This document shows positions 50,040-62,090 of a DNA stretch of 64,000 nucleotides, piece after piece. Made by a program: the position numbers and the translations under genes. Every line of letters begins with the position of its first letter. Positions within the stretch are counted from its first letter, which is position 1. Source of the stretch: Eutreptiella sp. 'Long Island Sound 2002'. Lineage: Eukaryota; Protista; Euglenida. A model generated the notes under the pieces. The model made no database searches, had not been told where the DNA came from, and saw nothing but the letters and a program-made list of their open reading frames with translations. The stretch spans positions 5,580,001-5,644,000 of the forward strand of contig OZ038379.1 in NCBI GenBank assembly GCA_964036045.1. Reading direction: 5' to 3'.

Positions 50040-50230
50040 AGAGTGTTCCGGAGGGTGAACGACCATCGTCAATGTATGGCCAAGCCACCCCTTGTCTGCC
50101 TTGTCTGAGCCTTGCCACCTCGAGGAACTGCATGACCTCGGCACCCAATCCAGATCGGTGCTGTTTGAAGGGACACTCGGAATGGTGGTCCATAAAGGTG
50201 TGGCGCTCTGCACGGTCACAGCGCAACGTA
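50040..50230 (-). pseudogene. Possible reverse-transcriptase remnant
   Basis: Minus frame ...EVMQFLEVARLRQGRQGVAWPYIDD resembles RT motif C. No other motifs recovered. Confidence 0.3.
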
Positions 50231-51726
50231 GTGACTAGTCGTCTTTGAGTCCCCAAGTTGTGCACATGCTGCATACAGGAGGCTTTGCTTTGGGAGTTTG
50301 CAAGTCAACACTCAGGCCCGTGGCTGTGAGTGCATGCTGTGGTGCACTCGGGTGTGGTGTCGGTGATGCACGGTCCACCGTCCACACGGAGGAAGGCGTG
50401 TGCCCCGACCTGTCTGGCCCCTGGTCGAGGGAGGTGCGCCCCTTGGCTCCCCGAAAGCACATCCACCGACCCCTTGCGCCCTCAGTGGACTGGGGCGAGT
50501 AGCCCAAAGCCCAACCCTCCAAGCCTCCTTGCAAAAGGGCTCCAAATTAGGCCGCAGAGGGGGTTTCGGGGAGGAGACCAAGGTACCACAACATATACCA
50601 CTCAAGATGATCCCTATGCCGCGCTGATCGGTCTGAGGGGTACCTTATGAGGGAGAACAATCTCTTAAAATGTGTTATTGTTGCCCGCGCATTTTCAACG
50701 GGACGCAGATGCAAACGGCCACATGCACAACGCAATACATATATACAGAGAAGATACAAAATCTTCATTCATCAATACTGGACGTTGAGAACAACAAGAC
50801 TGCGTATAGACATGGGATGCCTGATGTATGATGGGCGATTTGGTCGCTATACACAGGACTGACCTCCCGCGGTGCCCACACAGAAGCGCTATGGGGAACC
50901 TGAAAGGATGGCAGCCCAGGGCTGTGCCGCTTGTGAAGTCCGAAGTGACACACCCCCTCGAGGTGGTCGCTTGCGCATGGCACCGGGAAAGGTGAAGGTG
51001 TGCGGTCCTCGAAACATTCTTGAGCGGAGCCCTGGCTGTGCACAATGTAGACACTTGCGTGATCTGTGTCCAGCGGCAACACTACACACCCAACTTTGGA
51101 AGGTACCTGCGTGGTGCATGGCTTTCGATCGACGATGGTCGTCGCCCTCCAGATTGTCACCGTCGTACTGCAAATTGCTTTGAGTAACACCGCGGCAAAC
51201 GTTGTGCTTACACAAGTGCAGGCGGGGGGGGGGGCATGTTGTAGCATGTTTTGATTTGATTGGCAGCCCCCTCCATGCGGTCAAAACTTCGGTGTTCAGC
51301 TCCAGGTCTGCAATGCTAAGGGGATCGGCTGCAGCACAGTGAAGTGGCGTGGGAGTGCAGGGACGTGCCCCAGCTGTTGCTCTCGGTGGGTCAGTGTACA
51401 GCCAAAAAACGACACCAACAACCCTTTTGTCATGCTGGAGAAGGGCAGGGCAAGCATAGTTCAGTGCTGATGTCGGGGCGAAACGGAGCTGTTCAAGCGC
51501 TGCGAAAAACTGATGTGTGGTCTTGTTTGCCGACCTGCCTGTGTATGTGTGTGCGTGCACGTGCGCGCGCGCGCGCGTGTGTGTGTGTTTACTCTTATGC
51601 GTGCTTGCATGGGCACCCCCTTTTCAATATGTGTCCAATTTCAATCGCAAGCTGTGTCTTTTCAATCAATCAGAAGGATTCTCCAGACACTACACAGCAA
51701 AATCCGTACAAATCACCTCGAACAGA

Positions 51727-52250
51727 GGTTATTAGATCAAGCGCAGGCGCGGGCGCCATACCCCCCCCCTTCCCCTTTTTGGGGTCATTTGCGTAGCATA
51801 CCTCAAGGAATGGTATCGGATGTCACACTCTTTGTAAAATCTTCATTTTGCGAGACAACATGATCCCCCAATGAATTTTCCGATTTTGATCCCCTCCTAC
51901 CCCACCATACCTAGGCACCCCCTTTTTGGAAGGGGGGGGTTTCAAATCTTTGCATATTCTGTCGGCTGTGTGTGGATTTGGACATGGGTCTTGAGGAATT
52001 TTTTCTTTGTTCTTGATCCCCTAACTCCGGGCCCTGGTCGCCCCACTCCATAGTCGCCCCTGCTGGCGCGTGGGCTGACAATCACTTTGAAGATAGGTTG
52101 TTAGATCAAGCGTAGGCGTAGACACAATACACCTCCCCCTCCCCCTTTAGGGTCACTTGCCCAGCATACCCCAAGGCATGATATTGGATGTCCAACCCTT
52201 TGTGAAATCATTGTTTTGCCCAACAAAACAATCTCCCAATGGATTTTTGG
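51727..52250 (+). repeat. Diverged direct duplication (~155-bp homologous blocks, ~370 bp apart)
   Basis: aggtt(a/g)ttagatcaagcg...cccaatg at ~51727 and ~52096. Confidence 0.7.
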
Positions 52251-52299
52251 ATTTTGAGGCTTTCGTTTTGAAACTGGACAGCGTCATTACACGGGTGTG

Positions 52300-53040
52300 T
52301 CCATACCCAAGGGTGTCTTTACACAGAGGCGTTTTTACAGAAGTTTTCTGTTACGCAAATGTTTCGTTACACAAGTGTGTCTTTACACAATGACGTTTTG
52401 GCACAAGTGTGTTTTTACCCAAGTGTGTGTTTGTGTAAAGATACATTTGTGGAAGGACACCTTTGTGAAATGCCACCATTGCATGGCTTTGTGTAAAGAC
52501 GCTCTCTTGTGTAGGGACGCCTTTGTGTCAAGAGGCTTTTGTGTACGGACACCGATGTGTAAGGATGCTTTTGGATAAAAAGCCTTTTGTGTATGTTTTT
52601 ACACAAGGGCGTCTTCACACAAGGGTGTTTTAGAATTAATGCGTTTTTACACTACGGTGTCTGTACACAAAGGCATCTTTACACAAGTGTGTTTTTACGC
52701 AAGTGTCTTTGTACAAGGGCATTTTCACATAAGGATGTCTTTGCACAAGGGCGTCCTAGCACAAGTGTGTCTTTACACAACGGCGTATTTACACAAGTGT
52801 GTCTTTACACACGGGTGTTTTTACACAAGGGTGTCTGTACACAAGTGCTTTGCACAAGAGCGTCCCTACACAAGGGTGTCTTTTACCCAAGTGTGTGTTT
52901 ATACAAGTGAGTTTTTACCCGAATGCGTCTTTCCACAAGGGTGTTTTTACAAAAGCGTGTTGTTACCCAAATGTGTTTTTACAACCCAAATGTGTTTTTA
53001 CACAAGTGTGTGCTTACACAAGGGCGTTGTTACACAAGGG
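52300..53040 (+). repeat. Degenerate minisatellite (tttacacaagtgtg / tttacacaagggcg)n
   Basis: Direct reading. Confidence 0.85.
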
Positions 53041-53054
53041 TGGCTTTACGGAAC

Positions 53055-53750
53055 AGCTCCATCTACACATGCATCTACCCATTCATCTACTTACCCATCT
53101 ACCTACCCATCCACCCACCTACCAAATTGGAAAATGGCATCTACACCTCCATCTATTTAAGCATCCACACCTCGATGCATCCATTTGAAAAATGAAATCT
53201 AGCCCTCCATCTACGTACCCATTCACCCACCCATCTACCCAGCCATCTACCTACTCATCAACCCACTTGAAAAAGATCATCTACACCCCCATCTACTTCC
53301 CCCTCTACGGATCCATCTACGCACCCATTTACCCAGTTGAAAAATGTCATCCACACTTCCATCTACTTGTGCATCCACACCTTAATCTACCCACCCATCT
53401 ACCCACCTTTCCAACCACTTGAAAAATGTGATGCACACCTCCATGTACCCACCCATGTACCCACCCATCTACCCACTTGAATACTGTCATCTGTCCATCC
53501 ATCTATTTACCCATCCACAACCCCATCTACCCGCCCTTCTACCCACCCATCTACCCAATTGAAAAATGTCATCTATTCCACAATATATCTACCCATCCAC
53601 ATTTCTATGCAGCCTTTTGAGAAATTTCATCTACATGTATATTACCCACTTGAAAAATGTCATCTACACCTCCATCTATCCACCCATCTACCCACCGATC
53701 TACTTACCAAGCTGCCCACTCATCTACTGAACAATCCACCATTCGACCCA
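53055..53750 (+). repeat. Degenerate (catctaccc) minisatellite with cacttgaaaaatgtcat blocks
   Basis: Direct reading. The core ccatctac is the reverse complement of the gtagatgg core at 42960-44820. Confidence 0.8.
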
Positions 53751-54829
53751 TTTTGAAAGAAGTCATGTACTGCTACATTAGCATCACTGAGCAGACATTC
53801 CACGTAAACATTGATGATCTAGATTATCGAAACAAAAACTAGAGATATTGGACACACCATGGTGCACCAGAAGCATATGAACATCGTGTGTACTTGCATA
53901 GGGGTTCATTCGCTGTCAACTACCGCCTTACTGCAGATCTTTGTGTTCATCACGCGCATGGCCATTGCGAGTAGCAACCTAATGCACGTAGCCTATCGAC
54001 AGCTGGCTCGTATTTTTTTCATGTAAATGATTCGCTTGTGTAGGTCAGCATCATCACGACGAGGGCCGTGACCACGTAGGGAATGTCCGGGAAGGACAGG
54101 GGGTAACCACCACAATATGGGAGCTCTCCTAGTACGCCCTTTGCAATGAACACATTCACCGTGACCGACAGTGTCACAAGTGCGAGTACCGGTGGTATCG
54201 CTGTTATGAATTTATATGCAAATTCCGTGCGATAACCTCTCTATTCCGCATATCAGATCATCGTCAACCGTTTCGTGTCTACGACAATGTGTGGGTGTGG
54301 TTCGTGACAAAGATCGTTTGAATAGTTCATTTTTAAGACAAAAGGGAGCACGCATGTATGTAGACAAATGGTAAGGCGGGATCGCGGTCATGTGTCACAT
54401 CCACCCGATTCATTGGATTAATCGGTTCTAATACCGCAAATAATCGGTAAAACTGATGATTTTGAAAACCACTATGAGCCACATACCCGCACCAGTCATA
54501 TTTGACGAAGAAACATTTCACTGATATACCACGTCTTTTTTTTTTCAAAAACAGGGGACTTTGCAACATTACAGGCACGTTGGGATAAAATTCAAAAGTG
54601 GTTCACATCCTTTCACTTTTTCTTGCAGTTTACTGACCGTTTCGTGAAAATCGAGAGCTTTTGGTCAATAATTGGTTAACTCAGAAATAATAATCGGAAA
54701 AAACTAATTAATTTCATGACATAAAATCGGAATAATTGGTTATTTTCTGCGAAATGATTGAAAATAATCGGTTATTTTTGCATGAAACCAATTCCTTTGT
54801 CTTCATTTTTGGGCACAAGTGGCACAGCG

Positions 54830-55020
54830 GTTTGCGAGCTATCTTCGAGCACAGCAGCTCGAATATGCGCGCGCATCAGCTCGGGATTTGCTCGCAGTTT
54901 CCCTAGGTAGTGAAGGCAGTCCCGTTTGCGAGCTATCTTCGAGCACAGCAGCTCGAATATGCGCGCGCATCAGCTCGCAATTCGCGCGCAGTTTCCCCAG
55001 GTAGTGAAGGCAGTCCCGGG
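54830..55020 (+). repeat. 96-bp tandem duplication
   Basis: gtttgcgagctatcttcgagcacagcagctcgaatatgcgcgcgcatcagctcg...gtagtgaaggcagtccc, twice. Confidence 0.9.
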
Positions 55021-55667
55021 CCACGCCAGGCGATGTTGTGCGCGTGCGGCCGCCTTTTGAACCACTCCTGGGACCCTTTCATTTTCATTCAGAAAACCGT
55101 ATATCGATGTCGAGCACAAATCTGCACAAGCCTCTATCTTGTCACTCAAGGCGGGGCCTTTGAACCCCTGGAGGTGCAGGACCTGCGGCCTGAGACAAAT
55201 TTTCTGGAGTATCTTTTATCGATCACAATCGCCACGTAGTTGTTCATACCATACGATTCGGGATCGCCAGAATGGATGTGTTCACCCTATGTTCACAACC
55301 AGATTGCAAGAGTCTATTTGTGCGATTTCACGATTTTCCAATTTTTTCGTGTTGCGATGTTGATGTTTTTTCGATGTAGCGTATTATATGAAGCTATTGG
55401 TGTTGTTTCTGTGTCCATTGGACCATGTTTGGACCACCATTGGACATTTCTGCCACTATCATGCATGGAATCATGTGATATTGAGTGCAATTACACTACA
55501 ACTAGTTTCAAAGTTGTGCCATGAGTGAGGTCTTATCGAAAACTAAGGTGGTTTGCTCACTTGGAAGGGTTGAAATGCAAATTGTTTGTCTTTGTCACTT
55601 GTGATTCATTTCACCTCGGGATTCTTGTGTTATCGCCTCATTGCCCCAGATCCTGTTCCTCAAGGGA

Positions 55668-55835
55668 CGAATCAATCAGAACAGCGTCCAACGGAAGACA
55701 GAAATCCTGTACATCCTCAGCATCCCGTACACGGGATAGGGGCAAGCACTGGACGAATCAATCAGCACTGCGTCCAACGGAAGACAGAAATCCTGTACAT
55801 CCTCAGCATCCCATACACGGGATAGGGGCAAGCGA
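55668..55835 (+). repeat. 75-bp tandem repeat (~2.2 units)
   Basis: gcgtccaacggaagacagaaatcctgtacatcctcagcatccc(g/a)tacacgggataggggcaagc repeated. Confidence 0.85.
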
Positions 55836-55989
55836 CACGTGGACAGTGGACGATGCAGCAATGCATAGACAGTCTCGTGCATGCACCTTCTCGTCATTCA
55901 CCTCACTTGTTCTGGGGTTTTGGTTTGGGGACTGAAGCGTCTGTAAACTGCAGCACCAATGAAAACTATTTACCACTTTTCACATCTCG

Positions 55990-56255
55990 GTCGGCATATC
56001 AAAGAAAGAAATCCAAAGCCAATGCCAAAAAAAGCAACCCAGCAAAGTCAAAGACGGTCAGAATATAAAAGAAAGAAATCCAAAGCCAATGCCAAAAAAA
56101 GCAACCCAGCAAAGTCAAAGACGGTCGGCATATAGAAAAGAAATCCAAAGCCACTGCCAAAAAAGATGCAACCCGGCAAAGTCAAAGACGGTCGGCATAT
56201 AAAAGAAAGAATTTCAAAGCCAACGCCAAAAAAGTGCAACCCAGCAAAATCAAAG
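55990..56255 (+). repeat. ~66-bp A-rich tandem repeat x4
   Basis: aaagaaagaaatccaaagccaatgccaaaaaaagcaacccagcaaagtcaaagacggtc at ~56001, 56068, 56135 and 56201. Confidence 0.9.
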
Positions 56256-56607
56256 ACGTGTCACAAGCCAAATGTAGCCGCAGCAGCAGCACAAGTAGTA
56301 GTAGTAAAAAGGGTTCAGACTTGTACAATCCGGACACCTACGGGTTCACCCTCACGGGGCCATAGGTAATGGCAGGCATGTTGGTTGTGTACTTTGGGTT
56401 TTGTGTTGTGCCATAAATGCAACAAAACAATGTCACAATAATAGAGAGCGAAGACGAATATCGCACAAATGCAAAAAGTTCTTAATCTAGCTGTAAAATC
56501 TCTTCATTCTTCATTCTTGATTGATCAATTTCTTGATACTTTTGACGTGGCATGTGCAATTGATTACTGTGTTGTATTGTATACGTGTGTCATTTTCTCA
56601 GTGTCCC

Positions 56608-59600
56608 ATGGCCAGCACCACCCACATCAATGCCAATGCGAGCTATGGTCCACAGGACTCCCACGTACAGCCCCCGGTGCAAAGGATGGCACATTCATTC
56701 CCGTGGCAGTCCGCACGGCCCATTTCCGCTGCTGCGCCCTTCCCACCATCCGCAAGGCGTTGGTGGTTTGTGAGTTCGTTGTTGCCAACGAGGCCACTCC
56801 TGGCGACATCCGTGCCACCCTTCACTTCCCCCTACCCTCTGATGCAGTTGTCTCAGGGTGCCGCTTTGAGGTTGGCAAGGCGCTGGTTCCTGCCGTGACC
56901 GTCAGCAAGAAGAGGGCTGCCGCCGTAGCATACGTGGAGGAGGAGCCGGGCCGTCACGTTGGGAGCACGAGTGCCGTGCAGGGCAACATGTGGCAGATGG
57001 ACATCTTCCCACTGCCTCGTGGGCGGCCCCGGCGGCTCAAGGTCAGTTTCACGTGCCCACTCCGCGAAGCGTCAGCGGGGCTGGAGCTGCGTATCCCGAT
57101 GTCATTTGAGACCCCCTTGAGGAAGGTGACGGTGCAGACGCACACCCAGCCCCAGGGCGTTCAAGTCAGTGACAGTTTGGGCGGCCGTGTGACGAACACT
57201 TTGTTGTCAGAGGGCGTCTGCATCACAATGGCCGACAGCCGCAGTCGTGAGCCAAGCGTCCTCTCATGTCTGTACCTCGACCGCCTCCACTTCGCTGTGT
57301 TTATTCCGGACGACGCCCTCGCAGTGATGGCGGCAGGGCAGGCGGGCCCGGTCAGCGCCAAGCCGCAGGGCAGCGTCCTGGTGGGGCTTGTGTGGGACGT
57401 CTCGCGCAGCTGTGCGGGCCTGTGCGGCCCCCAGACGAAGGCGTTCTTGCAGGCGCTAGCGCGGCACTACCAGACCCAGGGCACGGCTGTGGCGTTCCGG
57501 CTGACCACGTTCAGCACGACGGCCGCGCGGCGGCTGGAGCAGGGCACGCTGGCCGACCTCCTTGAGGCGCTGAAGGGCCTGGAGTACGAGGAGGGCACCG
57601 ACCTCACCGTTCTGGAGAAGGCGCTGGCGGACCGGGCCGTGACCTACTCCCTGCTGTTCACGGACCGCGTTGACAACCAGTCGGGCCAGCGCTCCCCGCA
57701 CTTCGCCCCCGACTCCCCGCCCACCCACGTGGCCATTCCCCCCGCGGAGTCCTGTGGGGTCGCCGGGGTGAACGCCCAGTTCCTCCGGCGCGTGGCCTAT
57801 CAGACGGGCGGGACGGCCATGGCCCCCGACGGGGCCTTTGCGGCGGTCCTGGCGGGCGTGCGGCCCCGCCGAGTCCTGAGGCAGGTCGAGTGCCTGGACC
57901 TCCGACGCGACCCGGAGCTGCTGCTCGACGAGGACCTGGAGACGGTGCCGAACTGCAAACTGTCGGCAAATGCGTGGCCGGTGGCGGCGGAGGGCGTCCC
58001 GCAGGGGGTCACTGACTTCCAGGTCCGCTTCACGCACGGCCGCCAGGACGGGGCCGTGGCCATCCGCGTGCCGCCGTCCCTGCCCCTGGCCCCTGAATTC
58101 GCGCAGCTGGTGGGGGTACAGCATTGCCTGCAGTTGGCGGAGCACGTGGTACTGGCCGTGGCCAACAGTGAGAGCGCGAAGGCCTGAGTGCGGGAGCGCG
58201 CCCTGCGGTACCAGTTGGCAGGGGAGCATACGTCGCTGCACAGTGCGGAGCAGTTCCGGGACAACGACCTGGACTGCCCTGCGCAGCACCCGGCCCACGC
58301 CGCGTGGCTGGCGCTGAAGGCCCAGCAGGACCGGGACCGTGCACAGCAGGCCGAAGAGGATGCGGCAGGGCTGGCGCGGAGGCTGGCGCAGGTCCAGCAG
58401 CTTGGGGGCGAGTATGTGAGGCTGTGTGCTTGGCGCCCGCCCCGCGTGTGCAGAGGCAAGGCGAAAGGGCCCGTACAATCGGGAGGTGATCGTGAAAGTG
58501 AAAGTGGAAGGGGAAGTGAAGGCTATGCCCCGAGAAGGGCACTGTGCCTCGAGAGAAGCCGTGCTCCGAGAAGGGGCATGGGCACGGCGTCGAGAACGGC
58601 GACAGGGCGCCGCTCCCCGCGTCCCAAGGGGGTGGCGATGCGCATTGCCTCGAGAAGGGCATTGGAAGGGGATGTAGATGAAGGCCCTGCTCCGAGAAGG
58701 GCAAGGAAGTGTCGCCGTCTCTGCCCTGGCTCCGCCACTCCACTGGAGCGGGCCTTCGACCGCCCTGGCTCCGCCGCTCCAGTGGAGTGGGCCTCCGACC
58801 CCTTCTCCGACTCCGACTTCGAGAGCCGTGGGGCAGCACCGCAGTCGATGGGATCGGAGGGACCCACGGCAGAAGGGGACATGGATGGTGTGCGGCTCAG
58901 CCATGCGCAATCCCGCCGCCCGGCACAGGCATTGGCACGGAAGGCATCCGTGAGGTCCCAGGACATGGATAAGGACGTCGCCCGCATCCGCGCTGCTTTG
59001 ACTGGCCCTGCTCCTCCATGTGGGACTTGCCAGGCGTTGATGAAGGTCCAACATGGCGATATTCCTGAATACCATGGGGCTCAACAATGTGACAAATGTG
59101 AGAGGAGCGATATTGCGTCAGACCCGCAGACCTGGCATTGTCGTGCATGCAAATATGACTTGTGCACCAAGTGTGCCACGACCCAAGAGGGGATCGACAA
59201 GGCCATGCGGGTGTACAAGAACGTGCGCGCCGCGCACATCGCCACGCCCTCGTTCTACTTCTACATCGCAGAGGCGCTGCGCAACGGCGGCGCCCCCAGC
59301 GCCGTGTGCACCCCGATCGCCCTGAACGTCCTGGAGATGTGCCTGCCGTCGGCGCAGAGCTGCCGGGCCGTGGCATATTTCCTGGTGTCCGTGGGGGAGT
59401 GGGAGACCGCCCTGCAGCTGCTGCACGAGGTCAAGGAGCCGGCCCCAGAGGAGCCCCAGAGCTTCAGTGACATCGCCCTTGTGACCCTCCTAATGGCGCG
59501 GCAGCAGCGCCACGAGTGGGACCGTGAGGAGCTTCGCGACCGGCTGCGGGCTGTGGTGGACAACTTGGTGGCGGTATGCAAGGGCACGTGGCCGCGTCGG

Positions 59601-60106
59601 TTTGCGGACATTGAATGGCCGTGTCTGATCCTGCGGCCCAGTCCACAGCCCACGTGGGCCTCCCGGGTCTCTGGCCTGAGGCAGAGCTGCCGGCGGCGGA
59701 TTTCCGCCTCCGCACAGCGGAGGGTGTGATGAAGATGGACCTGTTCGTTTCGATGGGCTGGGACACGGACCATACCGACGTGGACCTGCACGTGTTGGAG
59801 CCCGGCAACTCCGAGGTCTACTACGGAAACCGCCGCTCCGCGCAGACGGGGGCCTTGCTCCCGCGTGACTTCCAGGAGGGGTACGCCCCGGAGTGCTACG
59901 TGTGCTGCCATGCCCCACCGGGCAGTTACACCATCCAGGCCAAGTACTACTCGTCTCACCAAGCCAGTGCGGTGACGGGGGCCACCAGTGCCATCGTGTG
60001 GAGGGTGCGCCACATGGGGGACTTCGAGCGGGAGGAGTTTGTGTTCAGCACCATCTGGCTCACGAGCTCAAAGCAGTCCGAAGAGCTGTTCACAGTTACG
60101 ATGTGA
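56608..60106 (+). pseudogene. Disrupted intronless VIT + vWA-like + ZZ-like zinc finger + DUF2135 (YfaP-like) gene
   Basis: VIT: ATLHFPLPSDAVVSG...KKRAAAVAY...GNMWQMDIFPLP. vWA: WDVSRS...GTD...LFTD. Finger: CDKC...WHCRACKYDLCTKC. DUF2135: MGWDTDHTDVDLHVLEPGNSEVYYGN...GYAPECY. Lesions: frameshift at the C-run 56671-56675, in-frame TGA 58185-58187, frameshift near 59628. Confidence 0.8.
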
Positions 60107-60512
60107 TTGTGCACGGGCGAGTGCTGATGTAGCCCACCCATTGGTGGAAGTATCGCGCGCACGGGGCGCGCAGGGGGCGATTCTCGGGCACGTTTGCTGC
60201 CTACAGGCCGGTTGGGGTATCACCAAGAGGGACGGCATGGAATTGTATGCTGCCGTACTTGACCTGAGGGTCATCTCCTGTCCACTGCCATCTTGGAGGA
60301 CCATTGCACAGACGTTGCGCACGGGGCGCGCACGGGGCATTTACTCGCCCATTCTCTTGACCTTGTGAAAGCAAGGTGGGTTTGTGCACAGGGTTGGTAG
60401 TGGGCATTGGGTTTGGCTCCCTTGATGCGGCCCAGGGCCCAGGGCTTTTTAGGAATGAGAGGGTTCTTTGCTTTGTTTTCACGAACGCCAGCCTTGGGGG
60501 AGTTGTCAAGGT

Positions 60513-60570
60513 GAACCGACGGCAGTTGGCGGTTAACCGACGGCAGTTGGCGGTTAACTGACGGCAGTTG
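60513..60570 (+). repeat. 21-bp tandem repeat (aaccgacggcagttggcggtt) x~3
   Basis: Direct reading. Confidence 0.85.
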
Positions 60571-61585
60571 ACGGCCCATTGACGCCTGCTGGCCGGTAGC
60601 GGATATCAGTAACCGGTCGGCCAGCGCTGAGCTGCGGTGCAGATGTACCGGAGTCCAGCAATTTTCTTTCTTTTTTGTGCAAAAGACGCCCCTGATTGGG
60701 CTTACACTGAGGTGTCACATTGCGGGGATGGGCGAGCTACAATAGGCCAATTCGCCACTGACATCACGACTCCAGCAACATCCCAGACTTCCGCACTGGC
60801 ACCCCTTGGAGCTCCGCACTGTTTGCGCATGGCAGCGACCCTGAATACGGTGGCCTCCGCAGGAGACCGACGGATGAACACACTCCATTACCGCTGATCC
60901 CTCCTCTTGCTGCTTTCTCTTCACCCCAAAATGATGCTGCCGGGCAGACTAGCGTCCAGCACCTCAGACATGATTAGGCGGGTGTGGGTCCTCCTCAGCC
61001 ATGCGCTGGATGCAGCATGTTCCTTCTGAGTTCCGGGTGTGACGGGGGCAGGTATTACTGACTGGCACATGATATGATGTGTTTCTGTTGCCTCGTGTCA
61101 GAGTTTTGGTAAAATGGCGAAGTTGTGTTGTCTTGTGGAGGCTGTCCTCCTTTTTCGTGATCAAGTGTGTGTGAGCTGCCTGCTTGGCAGGGCACACACC
61201 AGGGTTTCAGACCGCCGGTACACAAAATGGATTGTTTGTGAGAGTGGAACGGCGGCGCCACAGCTACAGTTACAGCATTCTGCACAGACAATCGGTTTGC
61301 CTGCCGGACGCGAGTGGCATGTCTGCTCCCAGGCCGTCAGTCACAAGCGACCCGGCTGCACCGCGATACGCTCTTGCAACACCGCTCTCCCTTTACCAGA
61401 AGGGGGCGTATGTTGGGGCCTGGTCTGTGCCCGTTCTACACCACTGTGCTCAGTGGCCACTGTGTATGCCACTGTGTGTGTCTATATGCCAGTGTATAGT
61501 GTTCAGCGCTGTGCTCAATGGCCTGGAGTTGGGGCCATTGGGGTTTAGCTGGGAGCTGTGAAGCCACATTGTGTCATCCCAGCCG

Positions 61586-62090
61586 TAGTCCAGGGGTTGC
61601 ATATCATTCCAAGGATGCCTAATGGAACATTGTGGTGCTGTGGCTGGTTTGATACTTTTGTTTTTTTTGGGCCAGACCAATATGAGGCTGACGTAGCCTG
61701 CTCACTGTTCTGGTACTTGAGATGACTTCTCGGAATCAAGGATCAGAGCTGTCCAGTTCTATGATGATCCCACAAATGACTGTGGTAGCGGATCTGACAC
61801 ATAGTGAGGGTGAGCTTGAGCCTGATACCAGATTACGCAGTGGGAAACTGCCACGCCTGTAGGCTTCCCGGTGTGCACAGGAGGCACTAAAGACTGTAGG
61901 CTGCGAAGAACGGCGGATTAAATATAGCAGCGCTATTGCTGACACGCAATGTGTCCCTGTAGTACCGAAGATGATATGTTGACGTGGCAGCATATGCATG
62001 GTACAACAAGGCAGGGGTAGTCCAGGGGTTGCACATCATTCCAGGGATGCCTAGCTGAACATTGTGGTGCTGTGGCTGGTTTGATACAAA
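61586..62090 (+). repeat. ~70-bp direct repeat pair, 432 bp apart
   Basis: tagtccaggggttgca(t/c)atcattcca...ctgtggctggtttgatac at ~61586 and ~62018. Confidence 0.8.

Noticed and set aside
58168-58221. 54-nt GT-AG intron, or selenocysteine readthrough, rescuing the TGA
   Set aside because: Splicing would delete the conserved-looking RYQL...TSL helix, the position is not Cys-like, and two independent frameshifts remain.
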